DNA of 63,844 nt, counting the filler, from Stramenopiles sp. TOSAG23-6 (lineage: Eukaryota): assembly GCA_900128565.1 (NCBI GenBank). It is 9 parts of 9 records of this genome, joined end to end, with 100 filler letters (N's around TTAATTAATTAA, not from the genome) between each part and the next. Parts side by side here need not be neighbours in the genome. Positions count along the whole stretch, not along the records: positions 31,451 to 39,188 come from LT636524.1; positions 39,289 to 47,020 come from LT636525.1; positions 47,121 to 54,843 come from LT636526.1; 6 more parts are not named here. One strand, 5' to 3'. The notes under the pieces were generated by a model. That model did no database searches and had not been told where the DNA came from. It saw only the letters and a program-made list of their open reading frames with translations. Positions within the stretch are counted from its first letter, which is position 1, and each line of letters opens with the position of its first letter. Positions 36,616-48,624 of this stretch are shown here, piece after piece. Position numbers and translations under genes: made by a program.

Positions 36616-37440
36616 TTAAGCAAACATTGAAAATGCTACTGCCATTACAAATGGAGTAACGGCCATTGCAGCGAGACCACTGGCTGCACCTGGAGCACCT
36701 TCAGGAAACTGGGATTTAAATGCTTCGATGGTTGCCTCAACATCACCGTGACAAGTTTCGATGGATTTGTCAAACTTTTCTTTTGCTTCTTCGTCTTTCT
36801 CAAAAAACTCTTTGAAAAGTCTTTCGGTTTTAGCCGAAGGATCACATTTTTCTTCGAAATCACGAAGTTCGACTTGAGCACCCTTAAGGTTTTGTTTAGC
36901 AAGCTCCAAAGCTTCATCATCCTTTTTTTCTTCAGCTTCAGCAACTTTTTTTCTCGCATCTTCCACGTTTTTTTCAAGTTTTGCTTTTTCTTCTTTTTCT
37001 GCTTTTGCTTGTTCTTCATCTGCTTTTACTTCAGCTTCATTTTTTTCATCTTGTTTTTTAAAAGGCACTTCCTTGAAGTTGACAACATCGTCAAAAAATT
37101 TCTTTACAGTTGTTTTAGCAGACTCCATCTTGTCGACAGCAAACTCTTTCTTCATACTTTCATTTTTGACATTGTCGATTTTGCTCACAAATTTTTGAAG
37201 TTCATCTTTTAAATCCTCATCAATTTCTCCTGACTTCGCCCATGATTTCAAAGTTGTGTCCAATGAACATTCGCCCGCTTTTTCAGGATCAATAGGAGAA
37301 CCCGTCTCGTTCACATCACCAGCATTTGGCATACCCATAGACGGCATTTCTGGAGCACCCATATGCGCACGCATACCAATTGCACTTCCTGCGACAGAAG
37401 ATGCGGCGATTGTTGCAATTACAGTTTTAGAGAATTTCAT
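36616..37440 (-). CDS. Secreted, probably GPI-anchored, charged helical surface protein
   Basis: N-terminal signal peptide, Glu/Lys-rich core, C-terminal small-residue site plus hydrophobic tail. Confidence 0.65.
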   Translation of the reverse strand: MKFSKTVIATIAASSVAGSAIGMRAHMGAPEMPSMGMPNAGDVNETGSPIDPEKAGECSLDTTLKSWAKSGEIDEDLKDELQKFVSKIDNVKNESMKKEFAVDKMESAKTTVKKFFDDVVNFKEVPFKKQDEKNEAEVKADEEQAKAEKEEKAKLEKNVEDARKKVAEAEEKKDDEALELAKQNLKGAQVELRDFEEKCDPSAKTERLFKEFFEKDEEAKEKFDKSIETCHGDVEATIEAFKSQFPEGAPGAASGLAAMAVTPFVMAVAFSMFA

Positions 37441-37861
37441 TTTGACTTGAGGCTTTTAAAAACTTGGAAAGTTTGATTATGATTACAAAACCAGTACAGT
37501 ACAAAGTGAAAGAAATCGTTCTTTTAGTGTTCGTTTTTTGTTCTTTTGTCTTCTTTAGTGTTCTTTTGTCTTCTTTTGTTGTTCGCGAGGAACTGAGAAA
37601 TTATGACAGACCTGCTTTATGTGGAATAAAAATTAGTAAATTTGAAATTCGTTAGGTATGAAATTTTGGTATGATCTAGATCGATTTTTTTGGTCTCAAG
37701 TCAAGTCAAATCAAACTCTCAACACCAACGCTTCTCCTTAGGTAAGACTTCGCACTGTAGTAGTAGTGAACAATTCAGCGACAACTTATATATATTTCAT
37801 TACCTATTTGTATTATAGGTGCCAGGTTAGTCCATTATCCTAGCAAAGCAATGTCAAGGGT

Positions 37862-39188
37862 ATGGTAGGAGTGCAAAGTTTGGAATCTAAAGATACATTT
37901 ACGGTATCTTCTTTACTATCGTGTAAAGCTTCTATTGTACAACTTAATATTGTTGGACAAGTTGTACATAAAAGGAAAGTCAGTAAGAGACTTTGCTTCT
38001 TCGATATTATTGAACCCGGCAATAAGTCATGTAGATTAACTGTTATTATAAAGGATCCAACAAATATAGATAGGGTGCGTGAATTATCGAGACTTATTGG
38101 ACTTGGTCATATAGTTAAAATTTGTGGTATTTATCAACACGTGAGTTCTAGTATTTTATGTAAACAAATTACTCTGGTTGAAAAATGGGATATAAATAAT
38201 GGTCATTTTATACCGCAACCACCCATAGTCAAACGCAGTGTTACAATAACTAGCGAGACAACTTCAGTAAATAACTTTACTTCTATTTGTAAGTATTGGA
38301 TCAATTCAGGACGTTGTGCCAAGAATCAAAGTTGTCCATTGGCTGCAAGTCATATTTTAGGTTTACCATTAAAACGTCTACGAACCCAGTGGATAAATCA
38401 ACATTTGAGGAATAAGCGACAACGTTCTCATCTTGCTGGAGATTCACATGCAATTCATTCAAAGAAAAACAAATCATTTCGAGCTCGTGTTTTTGTTGAT
38501 TGGTTAATAACTATGTTTGGTGGTGATAAAGAAAATTTGTCAAATGGCAGTGGTGTTTTAGATATTGCTGGTGGCCGTGGGGATGTTTCATTTGAGTTAT
38601 ATACCGTGAATGGTATTAAGACGACACTAATAGAACCACGTCAACGCAAACTTAATAAATCTCAACGAAAATGGATACAAAAGAATAAGTGGATAAAGTC
38701 AGTGAAAAGTGAAACTACTGTAAGAAGAGAAAAACCAACTGATGATGACTTATCACAATTCTTGTGTCCTCATGTGCAACATTTATTTCCATTTAGTGAA
38801 GAAATCTTATCCAGTTCAAATGGAAAATATATACAAAATTTAATAGATAAAACAACATGTGTCNNNNNNNNNNNNNNNNNNNNNNNNNNNNNNNNNNNNN
38901 NNNNNNNNNNNNNNNNNNNNNNNNNNNNNNNNNNNNNNNNNNNNNNNNNNNNNNNNNNNNNNNNNNNNNNNNTTTCAAATTTATTTTTTTTTCATACGAA
39001 ATTTCGTACCTAACAAAAAAAATTATATTTTTTCACAATATATGCTGTGTATTTGCAAGTGGTACATTAAATGAAAAAAATGGTAAAAGGAAATATTCTC
39101 ATATAGATAATATGACAAATGATGTTGCATTATATACAGGTAAACATGTCTCGATGTCTTTTGAGAAGTGGTTATTGTATCTTCAGTC
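37862..39188 (+). CDS. OB-fold + CCCH zinc finger + class I SAM-methyltransferase-like protein (3'-partial)
   Basis: RKVSKRLCFFDI (OB), CKYWINSGRC...CPL..H, RARVFVDWL, VLDIAGGRGDVSFEL, LIEPR. Confidence 0.75.
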
Positions 39189-39343
39189 NNNNNNNNNNNN
39201 NNNNNNNNNNNNNNNNNNNNNNNNNNNNNNNNTTAATTAATTAANNNNNNNNNNNNNNNNNNNNNNNNNNNNNNNNNNNNNNNNNNNNTCGTACGAAATT
39301 TTGTACCTAACGATTTTTTTTGAAATATTTTTCCAAAATACAT

Positions 39344-40427
39344 GAATACTATTGACGAGCATTCAGCTTTGCAAACAGAACTACATCACATACAAAATGA
39401 AAAGAGAAGATTAAGAGAAATATATCAAGCTATGGACCAACAACAAAAAGCATGGATCTCTGATGTACACGAAATTCATATGCGAGAGAGCAAAGAGTTA
39501 ATTGGAAAGGCGCAACTCATTGAGGACCAGCATGTACGTTTTTCTATCATTTCAATATCGAATTTATTTTTTCGTACTACATGTTGTACCTAACAAAAAA
39601 AAAATTTAAAATATTTTCCCAAAATACAGAAAGAATCCTTAGACGCTCTATCATTCATAACTAAATGCTACAATACAAACTTTGATGCAGCGTTAGAAAA
39701 AGTTACGACAGCAAAAAAATCTTTAGCTTCTATTCTGCAATTTCAGGAAAATATGATACAGTCAAGTATTATTGAATCAAAAAATTTCAATAATAATACA
39801 AACTTAGCAAAGCAGGATTTGCTTCAATATAGAAAAAGAGAAAATATTTTGTATACACCAAAATGTTTTGACTCACATAGTGCTACCCTAGAGTATATAC
39901 AAAAGAAAACATCTGCCTTGGAAGAGTTTCTACTACGTAAAACAAAATTTACACAAAATGATAGAGAAAAATATAAATTCCAAATTGACGAAGTAAAACA
40001 ACAAAGAGGAGAATTTGCTGAAACCGTAATTTTACTACAGAAACAGTACGATGAAATTAAACAAAACGTGGAAAATATGACAGTAGAAGTGAATAAAGAA
40101 GAATCTTTTAATAAAGAATTAAGACAAGAAATAGTCAGTCCAGTCATTAGGACTCAAAACATAGAATTAGAAAAATCACTGATTTCTGAAACACACGAAA
40201 TCCAAGATAATATATCAGAAGGACAGTTGTTTAGGCTAAAGTTGGAGAAAGAACTATACCCAAAATCTCACACATTACATATGGAAAGACATAAAATTTG
40301 TGCTCTCCAAGTAGAACTTGGAGAAATTGCTGTAGAATTAGAGAATGTAAAACATCATACATATGTTGAACATGCTGTGGCAGAGCTGTTAAAACATGGG
40401 GGAAAATCTGAAAACATAGGAAAATAA
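39344..40427 (+). CDS. Coiled-coil hypothetical protein (5'-partial); GT-AG intron 39534-39629; mirror copy at 45882-46965
   Basis: Continuous frame after removing CAT|gtacg...aaatacag|AAA. Confidence 0.6.
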
Positions 40428-40649
40428 AGAAATTAATTAACACAATCTTCTCCATAACCCTAACCCTAGGTAATTTTTTCGTTTTCAAATTAATTTACGT
40501 CGTGCAGAAGAAGAAGTTGGAACTGTGTTCTTTTCATAATATAGCGTAGAGTTCCGTGGAGTATTCATTGAAATTAGATTGCTCATACGAATTCATCTTT
40601 CATAATAGGATAGACTTAATTTCAATAGTATCATAAAGTTTCTGGCTGC

Positions 40650-42077
40650 ATGGTACCGGGAAATATGACCAAGGAAGTAATAGGAGGAACAAAGCGCCCT
40701 GCTCCCATGAAGGGTACAGCAGCAGCTAAGAGGAGACGTGCTTCCCGTAATAGAGACGGAAACGAAAAAACTCCACATAGACGTCTTAAACGCGTGTTAC
40801 TCAAATATGGTATGAAGCGACGAACGGTGAATTTGCAAGAAGCATATAAAAAGGAACTTAGTTGGATGCGTCCAAAGTTAGCGAAGAATGCACGGAAAAA
40901 AGAGCTTTTGATTGAAAAGGCTGCTTTAAAACAAACAGGCGCTAATCCCCCCCTTGAAATAGACCTATATGACTCAAGCGCTTCGTCATCATCTTGTATG
41001 AGTGAAAATGATTATAGTGATGGAGAATTTCTTTGGAGCTCCAGTGATGACGACTGCATGAAAACTGACGAAGATGCCCAACCGGTAGTTGCTATTGTCG
41101 AGCCTAAAGTTAACAATTTTGCGGTAGATTTTTGTAAGAATGGCCCAATACCAAATGTAGGAAATGTATTAGAAATTTGGAGTGACGATGATTTGAGATA
41201 TGAAAATCCTCTTTGCATAGCGACAGTTCTTGCAGATGAGGAGTGTATCAAACGTAGGAGCAAGCGCATTGTGAATCTGATTCGCCAATACAAGCATAAT
41301 TTCCGAAGTTTACGACGACCGATAGCAGAGAAATGTCAAGAATTTAAACAGAACTTTAAAAAAGAGCTTGAAGCCAAGCGGAAACTCCGAAAAGAGATTG
41401 AAGCAGCAGATGCTGATAGTGAAGATAATGAAGATAATGAGAAAAAAGAAAATGAGTTCAATGCAGGAAATAATCTCTTACAAAAAAAAGAACCTAGTGA
41501 AGGTTCTGGTATTGGAACGACACGGCGTAAACGACGCCATTATAGTGAAATGAAAGGAATGTATGGCTCAAATGGTTTGAAGTCGAAAGCAAATAAGTAT
41601 AAATTTCGGCACTATCACTATACCCATGGTTTGAACCGTACAGGAAAGGAAAGTTTCAACTTTCTCAATATGAAAAGTATGTACGACACTCAAGCAACGC
41701 GAACAATATGTGCTTGTCAAAACTGTGATAATGGCGTTTTACCTTTAAGTTTGTATTGCCTCTCTCACATTGTACATGATGAGAATCAAACCTTGTATAA
41801 AGCGTGCAGTGTTGCCGGCTGCAATGGTCCAGTACTACGCTTGGAAGAATGTGATGATAGATATGCGCATATGTATTCACTATGTGAAATGCATCGCCTA
41901 GAAGAACAAAAGAATGTTGATGAAGAAATTTCTGGAGAATATACCCAACAGCAATTTACTTGCCCGAAATGTGAACAAGTATCGGTTTGTGATATGGGAG
42001 TCACACAAATATCATGTTCTGTGTGTGGTCAGGTACTTTTATTACAAATCACGGAACCATTACCAGATGCAGTTTGA
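40650..42077 (+). CDS. zf-C3Hc3H protein (KANSL2/INO80D-like)
   Basis: C...NC...VLPLSLYCLSHI.HDENQTLYKACS...C..PV...LC.MH. Confidence 0.75.
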   Translation: MVPGNMTKEVIGGTKRPAPMKGTAAAKRRRASRNRDGNEKTPHRRLKRVLLKYGMKRRTVNLQEAYKKELSWMRPKLAKNARKKELLIEKAALKQTGANPPLEIDLYDSSASSSSCMSENDYSDGEFLWSSSDDDCMKTDEDAQPVVAIVEPKVNNFAVDFCKNGPIPNVGNVLEIWSDDDLRYENPLCIATVLADEECIKRRSKRIVNLIRQYKHNFRSLRRPIAEKCQEFKQNFKKELEAKRKLRKEIEAADADSEDNEDNEKKENEFNAGNNLLQKKEPSEGSGIGTTRRKRRHYSEMKGMYGSNGLKSKANKYKFRHYHYTHGLNRTGKESFNFLNMKSMYDTQATRTICACQNCDNGVLPLSLYCLSHIVHDENQTLYKACSVAGCNGPVLRLEECDDRYAHMYSLCEMHRLEEQKNVDEEISGEYTQQQFTCPKCEQVSVCDMGVTQISCSVCGQVLLLQITEPLPDAV

Positions 42078-42289
42078 GAGGACTGTTGGAGAATATAATG
42101 AATTTATCTTTTTATATAAAAAGTATTATATAATTGCGTAATTTTATTTATAGTATGGCATAAAAGAGCAAAATACAAAATATTGAAAAATATAAAATAC
42201 GGAGAAAAAAATATACTCTTAAATATCCTTTAATTAGTAAAATTCCTACAATAGGAAAATAAATTTTGTAAGTTCCATTTGCGTACTAT

Positions 42290-42384
42290 ACGTATTGTGA
42301 AAAAATATTTCAAAAAAAAAAAATTGTTAGGTACAAAATTTCGTATGAAAAAAAAAATAAATTAGAAATTCATATAAAACATAC
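42290..42384 (-). mobile_element. Intron element with GT-GT ends in the presumed 3' UTR of PP4R3
   Basis: atgtGT|gtatgtttt...gtacctaac...cacaatacGT|atag. Confidence 0.7.
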
Positions 42385-42408
42385 ACACATTTAATATATC
42401 ACCATTTC

Positions 42409-44050
42409 TTATATGACACGTTGTCTTTTCAAAGATGGTGAACCTGTTGCAACTATAGTATTTGTTACAATCACTTCTTTATTTTTCGTATTAGGGTCAA
42501 TATCATTTTTAGTCACTCGCGCATCAACCATATTTTTATCTGAATCTATATTTTCCGAAAAAGTCGGCATTTGATTATGCATTTTGGAAAAATAATTCAA
42601 AAAAAAATTCGTTAGGTACAAAATTTCGTACGAAAAAAAAATCAAATTGAAAAAAAAAAAAAAAACGTACATCATCATTATCATCATCAAAATACATTTC
42701 TTCATCTTGTGCATCCNAAAAATCTCTGTTGTCGCCTAGCCGACTCAATGGCTCCAGCACCAGTCATTCTACTATGCAATAAATCTTGCCTATTGGTAAA
42801 CGGTCGCGAATCTTCATTATTTTGGTTGTACCTCTCGAGTAAACCAGAAAGTATCTGAGCACTTCCGCCATCCTTTTGTTCAAATATAGACCTCATTTTC
42901 TTAGATTCAATAATATATGTCACAAGACTTTTTACATTTTCAGCACGAATAAATTCTATTAACTCAAGTATGGCAGAATCTAAAAGATTATTCCGAAATT
43001 GATTCCGATCCCATGCTTCAAACACAGGATCTAGTAAATTATTTTTAATCAAATGTCGATTATAGAATTCGTCCTGTTGTCCGATACAAGCCCGTACAAA
43101 ACGTAATGCGCTACAAACGACATAACGTTCTCTATATAGCAACAATCGCAGTACTTTACTGATTACATTATTTCTTAGTATAAAAAATTTAATACGAAAT
43201 GTGTGATGTTGAACACAAAAACGAAGTAATTCACATATTGTAGTTTTACTTGATTTTCCAGATTCATTCTCCATTGATCCGTCATCACTCTCTTTGATTA
43301 TTTCAAAAGGTTGAATGAGCCAATCCATATAATGATCATAAAATATCTGAAGAAAAGCATCACGCTGAATGACATCCATAGCATCTATATCAAGTAAAGA
43401 GGTCAACATACCTGTTGCCTCTGCACGCATGCCTCCATCCCCTTCACTAGCAACAAATGAAACAAATAACCACAAAAGAGAGGGGAACTTTTCCATATTT
43501 TTATTCTGTAGGTCAGTTTTTTTCTTGATCAATTCTGCTGCCTTGTTATTCAGAGATAATGAGCTATTTCCCATTTTTCCAGAAAAGATTTCTCCACTTT
43601 GAACCTCTTGTATACTTCTTTTGCGTTTGTTAGAAACTTTCCTACTAGGTGGAGCTGGGTGTGCACTACTCTTACTATCTATGATGTATATTCTCAAGAG
43701 TTGTGGATCATGCATGACAACACATGAAAGAATTTCAATACAGCATCTTTTTGAATCAGCTGATAAGGGTAACACATCTACAGATGATGTGTTATGACCG
43801 TGTGTTGTACCGATAGCAAAAAGCCTCTCAAAAATTGAGAAAAAGCAACCTTTTGCATTTTCAACATTCTTAGAACCAGTCGATACTAGTGACTCATCAG
43901 ATGCATTACCTGTAGCTGATGCTGGTGTAGTACTCTCAGTAGATGTTGCATTGGATTCAGTGTCCTTTTTGTCACGGTTTTCTATACTACCGCCAGTATC
44001 GCCCTCATTACGACTACATAAATATAGAGAGCAATAAAAAACATCACGAT
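42409..44050 (-). CDS. PPP4R3: PP4 regulatory subunit 3 / SMEK (5'-truncated)
   Basis: FLQIFYDHYM, ICELLRFCVQHHTFRIKFFILRNN, ALRFVRACIG..DEFYNRH.IKNNL, NNLLDSAILELIEFIRAEN.K.L. Confidence 0.9.
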
Positions 44051-44231
44051 CATCCTGTTGTAAGTTTTTTGCTAATTAAAGGATATTTAAGAGTATATTT
44101 TTTTCTCCGTATTTTATATTTTTCAATATTTTGTATTTTGCTCTTTTATGCCATACTATAAATAAAATTACGCAATTATATAATACTTTTTATATAAAAA
44201 GATAAATTCATTATATTCTCCAACAGTCCTC

Positions 44232-45659
44232 TCAAACTGCATCTGGTAATGGTTCCGTGATTTGTAATAAAAGTACCTGACCACACACAGAACATGATAT
44301 TTGTGTGACTCCCATATCACAAACCGATACTTGTTCACATTTCGGGCAAGTAAATTGCTGTTGGGTATATTCTCCAGAAATTTCTTCATCAACATTCTTT
44401 TGTTCTTCTAGGCGATGCATTTCACATAGTGAATACATATGCGCATATCTATCATCACATTCTTCCAAGCGTAGTACTGGACCATTGCAGCCGGCAACAC
44501 TGCACGCTTTATACAAGGTTTGATTCTCATCATGTACAATGTGAGAGAGGCAATACAAACTTAAAGGTAAAACGCCATTATCACAGTTTTGACAAGCACA
44601 TATTGTTCGCGTTGCTTGAGTGTCGTACATACTTTTCATATTGAGAAAGTTGAAACTTTCCTTTCCTGTACGGTTCAAACCATGGGTATAGTGATAGTGC
44701 CGAAATTTATACTTATTTGCTTTCGACTTCAAACCATTTGAGCCATACATTCCTTTCATTTCACTATAATGGCGTCGTTTACGCCGTGTCGTTCCAATAC
44801 CAGAACCTTCACTAGGTTCTTTTTTTTGTAAGAGATTATTTCCTGCATTGAACTCATTTTCTTTTTTCTCATTATCTTCATTATCTTCACTATCAGCATC
44901 TGCTGCTTCAATCTCTTTTCGGAGTTTCCGCTTGGCTTCAAGCTCTTTTTTAAAGTTCTGTTTAAATTCTTGACATTTCTCTGCTATCGGTCGTCGTAAA
45001 CTTCGGAAATTATGCTTGTATTGGCGAATCAGATTCACAATGCGCTTGCTCCTACGTTTGATACACTCCTCATCTGCAAGAACTGTCGCTATGCAAAGAG
45101 GATTTTCATATCTCAAATCATCGTCACTCCAAATTTCTAATACATTTCCTACATTTGGTATTGGGCCATTCTTACAAAAATCTACCGCAAAATTGTTAAC
45201 TTTAGGCTCGACAATAGCAACTACCGGTTGGGCATCTTCGTCAGTTTTCATGCAGTCGTCATCACTGGAGCTCCAAAGAAATTCTCCATCACTATAATCA
45301 TTTTCACTCATACAAGATGATGACGAAGCGCTTGAGTCATATAGGTCTATTTCAAGGGGGGGATTAGCGCCTGTTTGTTTTAAAGCAGCCTTTTCAATCA
45401 AAAGCTCTTTTTTCCGTGCATTCTTCGCTAACTTTGGACGCATCCAACTAAGTTCCTTTTTATATGCTTCTTGCAAATTCACCGTTCGTCGCTTCATACC
45501 ATATTTGAGTAACACGCGTTTAAGACGTCTATGTGGAGTTTTTTCGTTTCCGTCTCTATTACGGGAAGCACGTCTCCTCTTAGCTGCTGCTGTACCCTTC
45601 ATGGGAGCAGGGCGCTTTGTTCCTCCTATTACTTCCTTGGTCATATTTCCCGGTACCAT
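44232..45659 (-). CDS. KANSL2/INO80D-like protein (mirror copy)
   Basis: Identical to 40650-42077. Confidence 0.7.
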   Translation of the reverse strand: MVPGNMTKEVIGGTKRPAPMKGTAAAKRRRASRNRDGNEKTPHRRLKRVLLKYGMKRRTVNLQEAYKKELSWMRPKLAKNARKKELLIEKAALKQTGANPPLEIDLYDSSASSSSCMSENDYSDGEFLWSSSDDDCMKTDEDAQPVVAIVEPKVNNFAVDFCKNGPIPNVGNVLEIWSDDDLRYENPLCIATVLADEECIKRRSKRIVNLIRQYKHNFRSLRRPIAEKCQEFKQNFKKELEAKRKLRKEIEAADADSEDNEDNEKKENEFNAGNNLLQKKEPSEGSGIGTTRRKRRHYSEMKGMYGSNGLKSKANKYKFRHYHYTHGLNRTGKESFNFLNMKSMYDTQATRTICACQNCDNGVLPLSLYCLSHIVHDENQTLYKACSVAGCNGPVLRLEECDDRYAHMYSLCEMHRLEEQKNVDEEISGEYTQQQFTCPKCEQVSVCDMGVTQISCSVCGQVLLLQITEPLPDAV

Positions 45660-47243
45660 GCAGCCAGAAACTTTATGATACTATTGAAATTAAGTCTATC
45701 CTATTATGAAAGATGAATTCGTATGAGCAATCTAATTTCAATGAATACTCCACGGAACTCTACGCTATATTATGAAAAGAACACAGTTCCAACTTCTTCT
45801 TCTGCACGACGTAAATTAATTTGAAAACGAAAAAATTACCTAGGGTTAGGGTTATGGAGAAGATTGTGTTAATTAATTTCTTTATTTTCCTATGTTTTCA
45901 GATTTTCCCCCATGTTTTAACAGCTCTGCCACAGCATGTTCAACATATGTATGATGTTTTACATTCTCTAATTCTACAGCAATTTCTCCAAGTTCTACTT
46001 GGAGAGCACAAATTTTATGTCTTTCCATATGTAATGTGTGAGATTTTGGGTATAGTTCTTTCTCCAACTTTAGCCTAAACAACTGTCCTTCTGATATATT
46101 ATCTTGGATTTCGTGTGTTTCAGAAATCAGTGATTTTTCTAATTCTATGTTTTGAGTCCTAATGACTGGACTGACTATTTCTTGTCTTAATTCTTTATTA
46201 AAAGATTCTTCTTTATTCACTTCTACTGTCATATTTTCCACGTTTTGTTTAATTTCATCGTACTGTTTCTGTAGTAAAATTACGGTTTCAGCAAATTCTC
46301 CTCTTTGTTGTTTTACTTCGTCAATTTGGAATTTATATTTTTCTCTATCATTTTGTGTAAATTTTGTTTTACGTAGTAGAAACTCTTCCAAGGCAGATGT
46401 TTTCTTTTGTATATACTCTAGGGTAGCACTATGTGAGTCAAAACATTTTGGTGTATACAAAATATTTTCTCTTTTTCTATATTGAAGCAAATCCTGCTTT
46501 GCTAAGTTTGTATTATTATTGAAATTTTTTGATTCAATAATACTTGACTGTATCATATTTTCCTGAAATTGCAGAATAGAAGCTAAAGATTTTTTTGCTG
46601 TCGTAACTTTTTCTAACGCTGCATCAAAGTTTGTATTGTAGCATTTAGTTATGAATGATAGAGCGTCTAAGGATTCTTTCTGTATTTTGGGAAAATATTT
46701 TAAATTTTTTTTTTGTTAGGTACAACATGTAGTACGAAAAAATAAATTCGATATTGAAATGATAGAAAAACGTACATGCTGGTCCTCAATGAGTTGCGCC
46801 TTTCCAATTAACTCTTTGCTCTCTCGCATATGAATTTCGTGTACATCAGAGATCCATGCTTTTTGTTGTTGGTCCATAGCTTGATATATTTCTCTTAATC
46901 TTCTCTTTTCATTTTGTATGTGATGTAGTTCTGTTTGCAAAGCTGAATGCTCGTCAATAGTATTCATGTATTTTGGAAAAATATTTCAAAAAAAATCGTT
47001 AGGTACAAAATTTCGTACGANNNNNNNNNNNNNNNNNNNNNNNNNNNNNNNNNNNNNNNNNNNNTTAATTAATTAANNNNNNNNNNNNNNNNNNNNNNNN
47101 NNNNNNNNNNNNNNNNNNNNTTTTTTTTTTTTTTTACAAAAAAATCGAAAAAAATAGAATTTTTTTTTTTTTTTTTTGTTTTTTATAAAAATTTTGTACC
47201 TAACAAATTTTACAAAAAATAAAATAAAATTTTCACAATACAT

Positions 47244-48160
47244 GGTTGTCAAATGTCTGTTTGTTGGAGTCATTCAAAAATTCAAAAAGAATTTTCAAAA
47301 AAAATGATACAAACAATCACACAACAAAGATTGAGATTTGAAAGAGTTGCAAATATTTTAGAATTACCTATTGAACCATTTCTTGAAAATATTTCAAAAG
47401 TAAAATCTAGAGTATGGGGTGATCATACAGAGAAATATATGTATGTTATATTCAAATTATGAATTTTTTTTTTTTGTTGAAATAATTTTTTTTTTTTTTG
47501 AAATTTAAAATTTTTTTTTTTTTTGAAATTTTTTTTTTTTTTGAAATTTAAAATTTTAAAAAAAAAAAAAAAATGAATAACAAATGAGTAACAAAACATT
47601 TAAAAAAATATTTCTTCACAATATAGGCATGTTCTTGTACCCATCATGGATATGTTTAATCATTCACACACTGCTCCACGATTAAGCCCTCAAAGAAATA
47701 ATAATAATCAATTTATAGAATACAGATGTATGTTTTATTTTTTTTTAATTTTTTGTCTAAATTTTTTTCGTACGAAATTTTGTACCTAACAAATTTTTTT
47801 TTAGGTAAAAAAATTTTGAAATATTTTTTTAATTTTTTGTCTAAATTTTTTTCGTAGTAAATTTTGTACCTAACAAATATTTTTAGATTTTTTTTGAAAT
47901 ATTTTTACAAAATACATTTCGTTCCAACACAAACATTAAACAAAATGATCAAGTTTTTGATAACTATGGAATGAAATCTAATGCTCAATTATATAAATTG
48001 TATCAATTTGTTCAAAAAAATAATCCAAGTGACACGTGTCAATCAATACAAGAATTTTCAAAAGATAAAATTAATGAATTATTTGACAACAATATTTTTC
48101 AGACGACAAGAACATTTTCAAAAGAAATATGTGCAGCATATACATGATTGTTTGTCCTAC
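47244..48160 (+). CDS. SET-domain (Rubisco LSMT/SETD3-like) methyltransferase, internal exons
   Basis: Spliced frame gives VKSRVW...M|HVLVPIMDMFNHS...QNDQVFDNYGMKSNAQL; right boundary approximate. Confidence 0.75.
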
Positions 48161-48624
48161 TCTGATTTTGTTTTTTGTTTTTTTTTAATATTGTTTTCAA
48201 TTGAAAATAAAATGAACGATGAAAATTTTAATTTTTTTTAATTTTTTTTATTTTTTTTAATTTTTTTTTAATTTTTTTTAATTTTTTTTTAATTTATTTT
48301 TATTTATTTTTCAAGAAAAAAAATGAACCACCAATTTTTTTTTTTTTAAACTATAACTCTTCCTCTGCTGACATATATGTAGTATGTGCATTACCATCTA
48401 AAAAGGTATTGAATTTCCTGGCTTTATCACAAGTGAACCACAAATATTNTAAGAAAATATTTTCAAAAAAAAAAAAAATTCAAATTTTGTTAGGTACAAA
48501 ATTTCGTATGAAAAAAAAAAAAAAAAAAAAAAAAATTAAAAAAAAAAAAATCAAAATTTTTTAGGTAAAAAATTTCCTATGAAAAAAAAAAAAAAAAAAA
48601 AAAAAATTGAAATAAAATAACGTA

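Larger units (their letters stand above)
39289..47020. repeat. Inverted duplication: arms 39289-42237 and 44072-47020 around a unique loop
   Basis: Mirrored ORFs (coordinates sum to 86309); imperfect ~20-nt homology extends beyond the arm junction. Confidence 0.93.

Noticed and set aside
39289-47020. Inverted gene duplication flanking PP4R3
   Set aside because: Identical arms, 5'-truncated PP4R3 and imperfect microhomology at the junction fit phi29 template switching
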